Position numbers and translations under genes: made by a program. The notes below the pieces were generated by a model. That model worked only from the letters and a program-made list of their open reading frames with translations, searched no databases and was not told the origin of the DNA. Shown piece after piece: positions 26,501 through 36,092 of a stretch of DNA of 64,000 nt (position 1 is the first letter of the stretch; the number at the start of each line of letters is the position of its first letter). The stretch is taken from positions 153,704 to 217,703 of IMG/VR virus record IMGVR_UViG_3300017963_000192. The stretch is one strand, 5' to 3'.

Positions 26501-29347
26501 GTTGGTGATTTAGTTTATTGTTATGATGAAAAAGGCGAATTGAAAATATCAAAAGTTACGAATGTTTTTAATAATGGCATTCAAGATTGTATTAAATTAA
26601 AATGGCAAAGTAGTGGTTCTGGAGATATTGGAGAATTAGTATTAACACCAAATCATTTAGTAAAACACAAATATAAAGGGTGGATTCGTGCTGATTCATT
26701 AAATCGATATGATAAGATTTTTCATTTAAGAAAGTCCTTACAGAAAAATGGTAGAATTAGATTATATGGGACTAACAAGTTTATGAAATTTGAGGAGCAA
26801 GTTATAAAGGAAGAATATTTTAAAGCTCCATCTAGTTTATTAATTCATCATAAAGATGAAAATCCGTCAAATAATAAAATTTCAAATTTTGAAATTTTAT
26901 CTAATTCAAAACATTCAAAATTACACTCTATAAAATTGGTAAAAGAGGGAAGAATTAAATGGGATCATTTAGATAAGTATAGAGATAAGATAAAACGAAG
27001 AACTGGTAAAAACCATTATTATTGGAAAGAATTTAATAAAGAAGATCTTATCCAAATGTTAGAAAATGCTAATGGAGTGATATCTAATTTAAAGATTGAC
27101 AAAGAAACATTTAGAAATAAATGCAAATTAGTTGGTTTTGATTATAAAAAATATAAATATTTTTATTCTAAAAAAGTTGGATATCTTGATGAGAAAAAAA
27201 TTGTTAATGTTTTATATAAATTTGAAAAAGAATCCAATTCATTTGATAAATGTGCAAGGTACTTAGGAATAGGTAGATCTAAACTTAAAGAGTTATGTGA
27301 CTATTACGGTATTTCTACAAATCATATGATTTTATCTGTAACACCTTTTGGAAAATGCAAAGTATATGATCTAGAAGTAGAAGAACACCACAATTTCATT
27401 GCTAATGAAATTTGTGTTCATAATTGTCTTTCCCCACCTATTCAAACCATCCCTAGAAAGAACAAGATTAGAAACATGATTGTTCCCAGAGATGGAGGAA
27501 AGCTTGTTGTTGCAGACTTATCTCAAATAGAATTAAGAATCTTGGCAATGATTAGTGGTGATCAAAGAATGATAAACGCTTTTGAAAGTGGTGTTGATTT
27601 TCATACTGCAACAGCTTGCAGTATGTTTAGAATAAATCCTAATGAATTTGATAAAAATAATTCTAAACATAATGAATTTAGAAGTGTTGCAAAATGTGTT
27701 CATCCATCATCTTTAATTATTTATAATCTTGAAATAAAAAGAATGTGTGATATTGTTAAGAATAGTAAAGAAGATTCTTTTGAAAAAATACAAGGACATA
27801 TTTGGAACGGTAAAAATATTGTTGATTTAAAAAACACATATAAATCTAACAAAGGTAAGAGAATATTAATTTCTGCTCACAAGTCTATTTTAGTGTGTTC
27901 TGAAAATCATCAAGTACAGTTAAAAGATGGTTCGTTAAAAAAGGCAAAAGATATTAAAGAGAAAGATGTTTTATGTGATGTATCCTTTCCTGATTTAGTG
28001 TCAATGCCACAAAGTATTAAGATAAATCCTTTTAATGGAGAAGATGAACAAGGATTAACATTATGGTTAGATGAAAAATGGGCATATTTAGCTGGCGTAT
28101 ATACAGGAGATGGGTGCTATGCTGAAAAACATATTAGTATTTCTACTGGAAGTGAAAGCAAACACGAAGATTGGAAGGATGTTTTAATAAAAGCTTTTGA
28201 TGATGTCGGAATTTATGCTAAAAAAAGAGATTCTCATTTTGATAAAAAAAGAAATAGAAATAGTAAAAGTAGTTCTGTGTACGTTGGTTCAACTAGAACA
28301 AGAAGATTTTTTGATAAACTTGAACTGACAAAAGAGGGTGAAGGAAAAACATTAAGAGTTCCTCTGTGGGTGTTAAATAATTATGATAATTGTTGGGCAT
28401 TCCTTGGTGGATTATTGGATACTGATGGAACAGTTACAACTGATCCATTAAGTAGAACATTGTCTATTACAACAAAGTCTTGGGAGTTAATGCAGGATTT
28501 AACAGTATTGTTAAACAGATTAGGAATTGAATACGGAATAGAAAATACTTTCAATAAAACATATAAAAGATATTATTTTAGAGTGCAGATTTATGCACGA
28601 AATACTGAAGAGATTTTTAATAGAAAGATAATGCGTTGTCCATACAAAGTTGAAAGATTAAAGAAAAAAGTAGAGACCCTTAAAAACAGAAGAAGATCTA
28701 ACCATAACAAAGATAATTTTGTTAAAAGAATTGAAGTATTAGATGAGGGAGATTTATTTGATATTGAAGTTGATTCTAAAGATCATCTTTATTGGGTAAA
28801 TGGTATAGTAACTCACAACACAATAAACTTCGGAATAGCTTACGGAAGAGGTGCTTATTCTATCGTTGTTGAGTTAAGAGACTTCTATGGTATTGATATT
28901 ACTCAAGATGAGGCAAGTAACTTTATTAACACTTTTTATGGGACGTATAAAGATGTTAAAAGATGGATGATAGAGACAGTTAATTTTGCAAGAACTTATG
29001 GATATGTTGAAACAATTTATGGTAGAAAGAGATTTTTACCTATGATACATAGTTCTAATACAGAAGATAAAGCGAAAGCAGAGAGACAGGCAGTTAATAC
29101 TATGATTCAATCTTCTGCATCAGACGTGAACAACATTGCACTTATTAGAATAGGGAAATGGTTGGACGATAGCAATAAAAAATCTATGCTAATCGGATGT
29201 GTTCACGATAGTATTTTAGTAGATAGCCCAGAGGATGAGGTTGAAGAAGTTTCTGAAAAACTTGTGGAGTGTATGACTAAAGATGTACCACGAATAACTA
29301 TTCCGCTTAAAGCGGATTTAGATATATTAGACAAATGGGAGAAATGA
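23564..29347 (+). CDS. polA: Family-4 uracil-DNA glycosylase fused to 3'-5' exonuclease/family A DNA polymerase, with three inteins
   Basis: CxxC, IGEAPG, FVG.SG, TNAVK|CRP, YHPAY (UDG); DLETSG, DADVT (exo); TATGRLS, ADLSQIELR, AK|TINFG, QAVNTMIQS, VHDS (PolA); about 860-aa extein. Confidence 0.93.
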   Translation: MQVEEIRAIPQGIRTRPQMLDKVFDNKFCKKCKLYQCAKNPYIEGRGNKNAKLLIIGEAPGKNEDEMGQVFVGSSGKTLQERLNRYDIDYYITNAVKCLDGKSLVKTKEGNKRINWIVKNKWDGEVLSINKDGEFVWKNIYGWHRSLINNRDIYKISIIDGKNNPNGKPNILVTEDHIIITERGEVLAKDLVSGKDKIATGTPYFGGHRSEQLIIGSLMGDAFVSNRNYLEERHSLKQREYLLLKTKLLEYWKPSISKGTIRNNKKSYSYIGYRISSTLFFKQLRKQFYKNGKKIFPEHYVNRLNIFGLAIIFMDDGYGRYYDNNKHSRSEDTFQVEIALGKIDEKSAKNIVNRFKELGYDVYVTNKDIYRLRFKYKKAYKFLKDIAKYVPHSMRYKLPESLRDYPFMESAYKPEKTKTYYSEINVSKVDYSKLSNSKSVYCIDVKDTHNFVTPSGVVHNCRPTDAQSKNRTPRPVEIKCCLPFTMKIIEEIKPKVILTLGRIPMSQILGLNLSMKIMRGHTYYHPELNVTIIPTYHPAYLGRVNDALYYKQFENDLLIANNLAYAPAKRILPPSPISMKDPIEIKEYLESLLNVDAIAIDLETSGTDHINDKITDISFCAKAGEGVHISWDDIIPHFELLSEVMMSDAVKVGQNFTFDIKFLRMAGVDVNNYSFDTLLAEHMLTMSYEKKEVSGLYKLKNMAWKGTPMGGYEEVLGSGGIKKAVKKKEKKKDEDVFQGNLFENPNEKKNEELEKFANVIDVIRKKKLEDSGLEPLEYYSAMDADVTFRLFQRQKPLIDKDFSFPFYEIVMPLSWTLMRVEENGIRLNSDYMNSIKIDNLENMERCKQELFNLAGKEFNLNSTDDLKDLIFNKLKITPSDEFKTKPSKTYPDGQYSTDEKAIAYYSSKNPALNFLIEYRKLYKENSTYIDGFKKFMQEDTWRVHPNYLQHSTATGRLSCISEGTKITMVGEERNIENVKVGDLVYCYDEKGELKISKVTNVFNNGIQDCIKLKWQSSGSGDIGELVLTPNHLVKHKYKGWIRADSLNRYDKIFHLRKSLQKNGRIRLYGTNKFMKFEEQVIKEEYFKAPSSLLIHHKDENPSNNKISNFEILSNSKHSKLHSIKLVKEGRIKWDHLDKYRDKIKRRTGKNHYYWKEFNKEDLIQMLENANGVISNLKIDKETFRNKCKLVGFDYKKYKYFYSKKVGYLDEKKIVNVLYKFEKESNSFDKCARYLGIGRSKLKELCDYYGISTNHMILSVTPFGKCKVYDLEVEEHHNFIANEICVHNCLSPPIQTIPRKNKIRNMIVPRDGGKLVVADLSQIELRILAMISGDQRMINAFESGVDFHTATACSMFRINPNEFDKNNSKHNEFRSVAKCVHPSSLIIYNLEIKRMCDIVKNSKEDSFEKIQGHIWNGKNIVDLKNTYKSNKGKRILISAHKSILVCSENHQVQLKDGSLKKAKDIKEKDVLCDVSFPDLVSMPQSIKINPFNGEDEQGLTLWLDEKWAYLAGVYTGDGCYAEKHISISTGSESKHEDWKDVLIKAFDDVGIYAKKRDSHFDKKRNRNSKSSSVYVGSTRTRRFFDKLELTKEGEGKTLRVPLWVLNNYDNCWAFLGGLLDTDGTVTTDPLSRTLSITTKSWELMQDLTVLLNRLGIEYGIENTFNKTYKRYYFRVQIYARNTEEIFNRKIMRCPYKVERLKKKVETLKNRRRSNHNKDNFVKRIEVLDEGDLFDIEVDSKDHLYWVNGIVTHNTINFGIAYGRGAYSIVVELRDFYGIDITQDEASNFINTFYGTYKDVKRWMIETVNFARTYGYVETIYGRKRFLPMIHSSNTEDKAKAERQAVNTMIQSSASDVNNIALIRIGKWLDDSNKKSMLIGCVHDSILVDSPEDEVEEVSEKLVECMTKDVPRITIPLKADLDILDKWEK
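23855..24943 (+). mobile_element. Intein pol-1 in the UDG domain (363 aa, LAGLIDADG)
   Basis: NAVK|CLDGKS...TEDH...GSLMGDA...FMDDG...FVTPSGVVHN|CRP. Confidence 0.9.
26438..27424 (+). mobile_element. Intein pol-2 (329 aa, HNH endonuclease)
   Basis: TGRLS|CISEGT...TPNH...IHHKDENPSNN...NFIANEICVHN|C. Confidence 0.9.
27695..28819 (+). mobile_element. Intein pol-3 in motif B (375 aa, LAGLIDADG)
   Basis: SVAK|CVHPSS...SENH...GVYTGDG...GLLDTDG...NGIVTHN|TINFG. Confidence 0.9.
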
Positions 29348-29348
29348 T

Positions 29349-30461
29349 ATGGAAATAACATTAGATAAAATGAAATTAAGTACTACATTGTCGTTTTTGG
29401 ACAAGGTAATCAAGAAAAAAGATGTAAGTGAGGTTTATAAAAATTGCCAGTTTAAATTTGAAAATAATTCTCTTACTTTGTATGCTTGTGGTGGACAGTA
29501 TGTAGTTAAATCTAGTTATGGTAGAATTGGTGCTACGAACATGAGTTGCCTTGTTGAATATGATGCATTAAATAAATTGATTCCTCTTTTGGATAATGAT
29601 GAAATAATATTTAAGTTCAATTCGGATAATATGGTCATCTTTGATGGTGGAAACGAGTATACTTTTCAATATTTTGTGGAAGGTGATTTTGCTAATATAA
29701 TCGATAGTTTGAGTTTGCAAGTGAGTAGTGAGCCTATAGTTGTAATAGATGTTAGTGAACTTGAGAAAATAAATAAATTTGTATATCCTTGTATAGATAC
29801 TACAAAAAATGCAACTCTTTGTGGGGTTTTTTATGATGGTAATTTTGTTACTACTGATATAAAAAGTTGTGCAATTTATCATTACGATGAAAAAGAGAGT
29901 GATGATACTATATTTATACCAAAGGATGGCTTTGATATTATTAGCACTTTATCTGAAAAGGATTTAACATTTTCTTTTCATCATTCGGAAAACATAGTAA
30001 TAGCACAATCTGAAAATGTTTCTTATTTAATTCCTTTAATGTCTGCGAAGTTCCCTAGCTATAAACCTCTTGTTGAGCATGTGAGTAAATATAAAAACCA
30101 AGTAAGGATTGATAAAGGAAAATTTGTAAAATCTTGTAGTAAACTCCTTGCATTCTCAACGTCTATGTTTAGTGCTGTTAATAAAGCAGATTTTGAAATT
30201 AATGATATAATTAATATGAAAGCTGGCTCTGATAGAAAAAGAGCTATAGAAGAATTGGCTCCTATAGAATCTAATAGTAACGGGAAAGTAGGATTTTCTG
30301 TTAATGTAGCTCAACTTTTGAGTCAGGTTTCTAAAATAGATGAATCAGAAATAACACTTAAATATGAAGAGGGATCTAAAAACCCTCTATATTTTTATGG
30401 AGATGAAAACAAAATGTACCTTACTACGTTACTAGTTGGAGGAGAAGAGAATGGAGAATGA
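29349..30461 (+). CDS. dnaN: DNA sliding clamp (beta/DnaN-like)
   Basis: 370 aa; LCGVFYDGNFVTTD, KFPSYKPLV, FSVNVAQL match beta-clamp landmarks; directly downstream of the polymerase. Confidence 0.75.
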   Translation: MEITLDKMKLSTTLSFLDKVIKKKDVSEVYKNCQFKFENNSLTLYACGGQYVVKSSYGRIGATNMSCLVEYDALNKLIPLLDNDEIIFKFNSDNMVIFDGGNEYTFQYFVEGDFANIIDSLSLQVSSEPIVVIDVSELEKINKFVYPCIDTTKNATLCGVFYDGNFVTTDIKSCAIYHYDEKESDDTIFIPKDGFDIISTLSEKDLTFSFHHSENIVIAQSENVSYLIPLMSAKFPSYKPLVEHVSKYKNQVRIDKGKFVKSCSKLLAFSTSMFSAVNKADFEINDIINMKAGSDRKRAIEELAPIESNSNGKVGFSVNVAQLLSQVSKIDESEITLKYEEGSKNPLYFYGDENKMYLTTLLVGGEENGE

Positions 30462-31803
30462 TTTACCAGATGTAATAAAAGAAATTAACAAAAGCAAAAA
30501 AGCAACAAAGATAACAACACTGACAAAAGCTAAAGCGGCTCGACTTAAAAAAATGTTTTCTGGTTCTGTATCTGTAGATGCTATTTCAAATGGTGGTTAT
30601 GCTTATCGAAGAATACATCTGTCTTTTGGTTCAAAGAGTGCTGGAAAGAATGCTCTCCTTTATCAAATGATGGCATATAATCAAAGACTTTGTAGAGATT
30701 GTGGTGGAATTAGAGCAATTTATTGGGGAGTTAAAGAAGATAGACATTCACTTTTTATGAAATACGTATTAAAAATACCTCAATGTTTGTGTGGAGGTCA
30801 AGGAAAAATATTCTTAATTCTTGATTATGAAAAATCAATTGATGTTGAGGAACCTAGAAAGGTAGAGGTTGTAGAATGTTTTGACAGGACTACTGGAGAA
30901 CAGGTTTCTGATGTAGAATATGAAGATGCTAATGATAAATACAAAAAGCTATGTGCTAAAGAAAAACTCACAGAGAAACAACAAAAAACACTTGAAGATT
31001 TAGAAGTTTGGTTAGATAAGCTTGATGTTAAAAAGCAAATCATTGAACAATTGTCTACTGCTGATTATCTTGTTGCGTGTGGGGTTCTTATTGATGAACT
31101 TCTAATTGCTGACCCAGAAGATACCGAAGAAGGTATTGAACATTGTAGAAAGATAATTAAAGAAAGAGGTGTTGACGGGATTATCTGGGATTCAATTCAA
31201 GCAGCAATACCTAAATGGGTTAAAGAGAGAGATGCCGAAGCTGATACAATGGGTAAAGAGGCAAAGCAAAACGCATTATTAATGCGTCATATCTGTAGTT
31301 CCTTTGCAGCAAGAGATTTAGAAGATGAGATGGAAGCATATAAACCAGGTTTCTTCTTGACAAGTCAAATGAGAAGTTCTATGAGTATGTATGAGCAAGA
31401 TAGCTATTCTGGAGGACATGGAATAAAACATCATATAAGTTTTGCTTTAGAGCACAAACGTAATAAATTTTTAAAAGAAGATGGAACTGAAGCGTCTTTT
31501 AAAGAACAATTCTACGGGCAAGAAATAAGATTACGTGCAGAAAAGAATAAGTTTGGTCCTCCTGGAGATATGTATACTGTCGATTATTATTTCAGAGAAT
31601 CTGAGCATCATAGTGTTGGAGAGATTGATCATACAAAAGAGATAGTTAATTTAGGTATTTCTAAGGGACTTATTGAAAGGGCTGGAGCATATTATAAAAC
31701 TAAGGGAGAGTCATTTCAGGGGATGGCAAGACTTACAGAATTCTTTAGAGAGAATCCTGAATTTGTAGGAAACTTGTATGAAGATATACAAGAGAAATTA
31801 TAA
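30436..31803 (+). CDS. recA: RecA/UvsX recombinase with two insertions
   Basis: SGSVSVD...GG, Walker A GSKSAGKN, IIWDSIQA, TSQMR, SGGHGIKH, KNKFGPP, IERAGAYY..GESFQG. Confidence 0.85.
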   Translation: MEEKRMENDLPDVIKEINKSKKATKITTLTKAKAARLKKMFSGSVSVDAISNGGYAYRRIHLSFGSKSAGKNALLYQMMAYNQRLCRDCGGIRAIYWGVKEDRHSLFMKYVLKIPQCLCGGQGKIFLILDYEKSIDVEEPRKVEVVECFDRTTGEQVSDVEYEDANDKYKKLCAKEKLTEKQQKTLEDLEVWLDKLDVKKQIIEQLSTADYLVACGVLIDELLIADPEDTEEGIEHCRKIIKERGVDGIIWDSIQAAIPKWVKERDAEADTMGKEAKQNALLMRHICSSFAARDLEDEMEAYKPGFFLTSQMRSSMSMYEQDSYSGGHGIKHHISFALEHKRNKFLKEDGTEASFKEQFYGQEIRLRAEKNKFGPPGDMYTVDYYFRESEHHSVGEIDHTKEIVNLGISKGLIERAGAYYKTKGESFQGMARLTEFFRENPEFVGNLYEDIQEKL

Positions 31804-32282
31804 TGGATAACAAAAAGAGGTCAAAGAAACGAGAGAATAAAGGAGCATCAAATATAGGTGGAAGAAGTCACCCTAATTCTGGAGCAGTTTGGTATAGAAA
31901 AGGAGATTACTCTAACGAGAATTTCTTAATAGAAGATAAATATACTGATGCTGACTATTACTCTCTTTCTTTATCTGTTTTAAATACTGTCGAAAAACAT
32001 GCTAATAAGGTTGGTAAAATACCTGTAGTAAGCATAGGTTTTGAGTCGTATAAGAAAGATTACGCAGTTTTAAGAGAGTGTGATTGCTCTCATATTGTAG
32101 ATGAAGATATAGAAATTATTGAAACCGATAAGAAAAGCAAGAGAATCTACTGTGAAGAACTACAAAAAAAATATGTAAATTGCGAAAATATTTTTCTTTT
32201 TAAAGTTAAACTACGTGATAGATTTTATTATATTTTAATGCTAAATGACTTTGAAGATAACATAGATAAATTTTTTTGTTAG
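31803..32282 (+). CDS. PD-(D/E)xK nuclease (Hjc-like resolvase)
   Basis: RE...GGRSHPNSGA...KGD...FLIEDK. Confidence 0.65.
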   Translation: MDNKKRSKKRENKGASNIGGRSHPNSGAVWYRKGDYSNENFLIEDKYTDADYYSLSLSVLNTVEKHANKVGKIPVVSIGFESYKKDYAVLRECDCSHIVDEDIEIIETDKKSKRIYCEELQKKYVNCENIFLFKVKLRDRFYYILMLNDFEDNIDKFFC

Positions 32283-32291
32283 GAGAGATTC

Positions 32292-32993
32292 ATGGCTAAA
32301 TGTCCAGAATGTAATGGATCAGGTTTCATACTAAAGAAAGATAAATACGATGAAGATGTTTGGTCTCCTTGTGAATGCAGAAAGAAAAGAGAAGCAGAAG
32401 TTTCTACAGAGATTAAATTTACAGAGGCTAACATTAGAAAATCATTACGAAGATATACTTTTGAAGACTACCTTAAATACCCGTTTAAAAGAAAAGACAA
32501 ATTACATAACGCCCCACAAATAAAAGAATTTCAAAATTATTTAGAGAATCCTTCTGATTTTCTTGATAATTATTCTGTGTTATGGATTTGGGGAACTGAT
32601 GCTAATGCTGGTCACACAACCCTAGCATCAATTTTAGGCATTAAATTACTTGAGTTTGGATATAAAGTTAGATTTTTGGAGATACAACACTTGATAGAAG
32701 CCTTTACAAAGTTTGATGAAAAAGAAGTATTTTTTACAGAACTTAAAAAATTTGATATTTATATTATTAATGATGCGTTTGATGTTGATAGGGGTCATGT
32801 CGGAGGAAAATATTCTCAGGTTCATTTATACCAATTTATTAATGATGCATTAATTGATGGAAAACATTTTATAATGACATCAAACAGGTTAGTTCGTGAC
32901 ATAGACAAAGGTGATTTAAAAGATTTCGAACAATCGAAAATAATAATATCAAGGTCAGTCAAACAATTAGAGTTTAGAGGTTCTATAGATTGA
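32292..32993 (+). CDS. DnaC/IstB-like helicase loader with degenerate Walker A
   Basis: CPECNGSG...CEC Zn motif, YTFEDY, LWIWGTDANAGHTTLA, YIINDA, IMTSN. Confidence 0.65.
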   Translation: MAKCPECNGSGFILKKDKYDEDVWSPCECRKKREAEVSTEIKFTEANIRKSLRRYTFEDYLKYPFKRKDKLHNAPQIKEFQNYLENPSDFLDNYSVLWIWGTDANAGHTTLASILGIKLLEFGYKVRFLEIQHLIEAFTKFDEKEVFFTELKKFDIYIINDAFDVDRGHVGGKYSQVHLYQFINDALIDGKHFIMTSNRLVRDIDKGDLKDFEQSKIIISRSVKQLEFRGSID

Positions 32994-33310
32994 GTAAAAA
33001 AAGGAAGGGAGAAGACAGTAATTTTGAAAAATCTGTAGATGGATTATCAGCAGAAACTATAGCAACATTAAGATGGAAAGCAAATGAGTTAGGCTGTAGT
33101 GTTGGTGAACTCGTGGCAGAAATATTTTTCGGTTACATTTGTGAAATGGAAGAAGCAATGTTAAGATTTTTTAAAAGGGCTTTAGAACAAAAATATAAAG
33201 AAAGTGATATTAAAGATGTTGCAATGTTTACTTTTGGAGCAGACAAGGAAGATGTTGAATTTTTGTTTATGAAAGCTAAAAAAGAAGAATCTAAAAAAAA
33301 GAAAAAGTAG
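32990..33310 (+). CDS. Hypothetical protein
   Basis: Coupled ORF in the replication operon. Confidence 0.5.
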   Translation: MSKKRKGEDSNFEKSVDGLSAETIATLRWKANELGCSVGELVAEIFFGYICEMEEAMLRFFKRALEQKYKESDIKDVAMFTFGADKEDVEFLFMKAKKEESKKKKK

Positions 33311-33557
33311 GTGGTAGTTATGGCTTATGCGTGTAGTATGAGAGTCGCAGGCATAGAGTTCGATATTTATAATGGGGAAAGAGTAAGTCCTACTTTAACA
33401 AAGTGGGATTATTACGTAACCCCAAGATTGGCTATGCAAATTGACAAGTGGCGCATACAGAATTCTGTTGATAAAATATCTACAAAAGAGCAGATGGAGT
33501 TTTTAATCAGTCAAGGCTTTATAAAAAAATATAGTGAATAAGTAGGAGATTCATGTA

Positions 33558-36092
33558 ATGGCGAATCCTTTAAAAGATATCGGAGGAATACCTGTAAATG
33601 AAGATAATGAAGCTTTAATCATTACCAATGCTATTAAGAACAAAAAGAACAGAGAAATATTTGTTCGACACATTGATTATAGGTTATTCAGAAGAAAAGA
33701 ATTTCAAACAATGGCGTTTGCTATTCAAGCTATTGAAACCTCAAATATGGAAATGAATACTGATGCTATTATTTTGAAATCTAAAACTTGTCCTATTAAA
33801 AAAATAGTTGATTTTGAATTTATAGAAACACTTAAAGAAAATTTTCCTGAAGTGCCGGAGTCAAATTTTATAGAACATCTTGTAACACTTCGTACTGATA
33901 GTGTCAAAGCTCAAGCATTTGATTTGGTTCATAAGTCTCTTATTAGATCCTTTATGAATCCTCAAGCTGGAATAAAGGATCTCGAAGTTAGGGTACAGGC
34001 ATTACAAGATTTAATAACATCTGGATACTCTTCAACAGAATGCCAGTTTCTTACTATGAAAGAGGCTGTAGCTGAATATGTATATGATAAAGAGCATGGG
34101 GTAAGGAGTAGAACTACTGGTTTCAGACAATTAGACGAAAAACTTATTCAAGGCTTGAAAGAGGAATGGATTTCAATTATTGCAGGTCTGGCGAACATGG
34201 GGAAGACACATACTTTAAACACTCCTATAATAATGTATGATGGGAGTATTAAAATGATTCAAGATATTGAAGTTGGGGATTTGTTGATGGGCGTTGATTC
34301 TCTGCCTAGAAAAGTTACTCGAACATGGACGGGTGTAGATGATATTTATACAATAAATCAATGTAAAGGGGATGCATATGAAGTAACTGGTCAACATTTA
34401 TTATCTTTAAAAAGAAGTTATAATCAATATTATAAACCAGATAAAAAATTACCTATCAATGAAAGAAGAATAACTCATCCAAAAGGAGAAGTTTTAAATA
34501 TATCTGTATTAGATTATTTAAAAAAAGGGAACGGGTGGAAGACTATGTGGAAAGGTTACAAATCAGAGGGATGGGAAATGCCTGAAAGAAAAGTTGAATT
34601 GTCTCCTTATTTTTTAGGAATCTGGTTATCTGATGGAAATAATGATAGTCAATTAATTACAAATCCTGACATTGAAGTTAGAAAATTTTTAAAAGATTAT
34701 GCTTCATCTTTTAATATGTATTATACCGAAAGACAAAAAAAAGATTCTGATTGTTATACTTGTGTTATAAAAAAACGTGGTGAAAATAAAAATATTATAA
34801 AAGATTATCTCGAAGATTATAATTTATTTAAAAATAAACACATTCCTGATGATTTTAAATATACTTCACGCAAGAAAAGAATGGAACTTTTAAGTGGTTT
34901 ATTAGATGGTGATGGTTATTTAACATACGTAACCTATGAAATTTCAACAAAATATGAACAATTAAAAGATGACATCTTATATTTAGCAAGAAGTTTGGGT
35001 TTTTATTCAGTAGCTAAATATGAAAAAAAGAAAATCAAATCAATTGGTTTTGAGGGTAAATATTGGCGTATAAGAATAGTAGGAGATACGTACCTAATAC
35101 CGTGTAAAGTTAAAAGAAAAAAAGCAAAAAAAATAAAAAGGAGAAAAAACTTTTTATTTACAGGATTTAATGTAAAATACAAAGGAAAAGACAAGTTTTA
35201 TAGTATTTCTCTGGAAGATACTACGGATCAATTGTATTTATTAGGAGATGGAACTGTAACCCATAATTCTTCCTTTGCTTTGTCTATGATGAATAATTTA
35301 TCAAACAAAGGAGTTCCTTCCGCAAATTTTGCATTAGAGATGCCTAATCAATCTATTATAACAAAGTTACTTGCTTTTAATACAAATCTTACTATTAGAA
35401 AGGTAGCTATTGAATGGGATAATTTAGATGTTATAGAAAAGAAAGTCTATGAACATGAACTTGAAAGACTTGCAAGAAATCAATACATATATTTGAATGA
35501 TAAACCATCACAAGGATTGTCAGATATTAAAGAACAGACTATGTTACTTCAAGATAAAATAGCAACTGTTGATAAATCTTTTGATGGATATATTGTAATA
35601 TTAATAGACTTGTTTGGGAAAATAAAAGAATTTCTTGGAAGTGATAACTTTGCTAGAGATTATGAGCAAAGATGTAATGAAGTTCAGGCTATGACACGGG
35701 AACTTGGTGTACATATGTGTTTAGTAGCACAAATAGTTAGATCAGTAATGCAACGTAAATTTAAACGACCTTCTCTAGCTGATATTAAAAATGCTGGTGC
35801 ATTAGGAGAGATTGCTGATTTAATTTTTGGTATTCACCGCCCAAATTATGACCCCGAAGTAGCACTCAAAAGTCAATTAGCATACGGACAAGGTAATGAA
35901 GAAATTGAACCAAATCCTGATGAGAATTTAGCAGAGATATTAATACTTAAAGGTAGAATGGCACAAGCCAATCAACTTGTAAACTTTTATTTTGATCCTA
36001 ATACAACACGGTTTAGTCCTATTGAGGAAGATTATCAGAATGAGCTAAACGCAACTAAATTCGATGATGATGATTGGGATAATCAATTTTGA
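33558..36092 (+). CDS. dnaB: Replicative DnaB helicase with one intein
   Basis: TTGFRQLD, IAGLANMGK|SS, FALEM, VAQI, RPSLADIK, ADLIFGIHR. Confidence 0.9.
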   Translation: MANPLKDIGGIPVNEDNEALIITNAIKNKKNREIFVRHIDYRLFRRKEFQTMAFAIQAIETSNMEMNTDAIILKSKTCPIKKIVDFEFIETLKENFPEVPESNFIEHLVTLRTDSVKAQAFDLVHKSLIRSFMNPQAGIKDLEVRVQALQDLITSGYSSTECQFLTMKEAVAEYVYDKEHGVRSRTTGFRQLDEKLIQGLKEEWISIIAGLANMGKTHTLNTPIIMYDGSIKMIQDIEVGDLLMGVDSLPRKVTRTWTGVDDIYTINQCKGDAYEVTGQHLLSLKRSYNQYYKPDKKLPINERRITHPKGEVLNISVLDYLKKGNGWKTMWKGYKSEGWEMPERKVELSPYFLGIWLSDGNNDSQLITNPDIEVRKFLKDYASSFNMYYTERQKKDSDCYTCVIKKRGENKNIIKDYLEDYNLFKNKHIPDDFKYTSRKKRMELLSGLLDGDGYLTYVTYEISTKYEQLKDDILYLARSLGFYSVAKYEKKKIKSIGFEGKYWRIRIVGDTYLIPCKVKRKKAKKIKRRKNFLFTGFNVKYKGKDKFYSISLEDTTDQLYLLGDGTVTHNSSFALSMMNNLSNKGVPSANFALEMPNQSIITKLLAFNTNLTIRKVAIEWDNLDVIEKKVYEHELERLARNQYIYLNDKPSQGLSDIKEQTMLLQDKIATVDKSFDGYIVILIDLFGKIKEFLGSDNFARDYEQRCNEVQAMTRELGVHMCLVAQIVRSVMQRKFKRPSLADIKNAGALGEIADLIFGIHRPNYDPEVALKSQLAYGQGNEEIEPNPDENLAEILILKGRMAQANQLVNFYFDPNTTRFSPIEEDYQNELNATKFDDDDWDNQF
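34206..35267 (+). mobile_element. Intein in DnaB Walker A (354 aa, LAGLIDADG, Thr at position 1)
   Basis: MGK|THTLNTPIIMYDG...TGQHLLSL...GLLDGDG...LGDGTVTHN|S. Confidence 0.88.
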
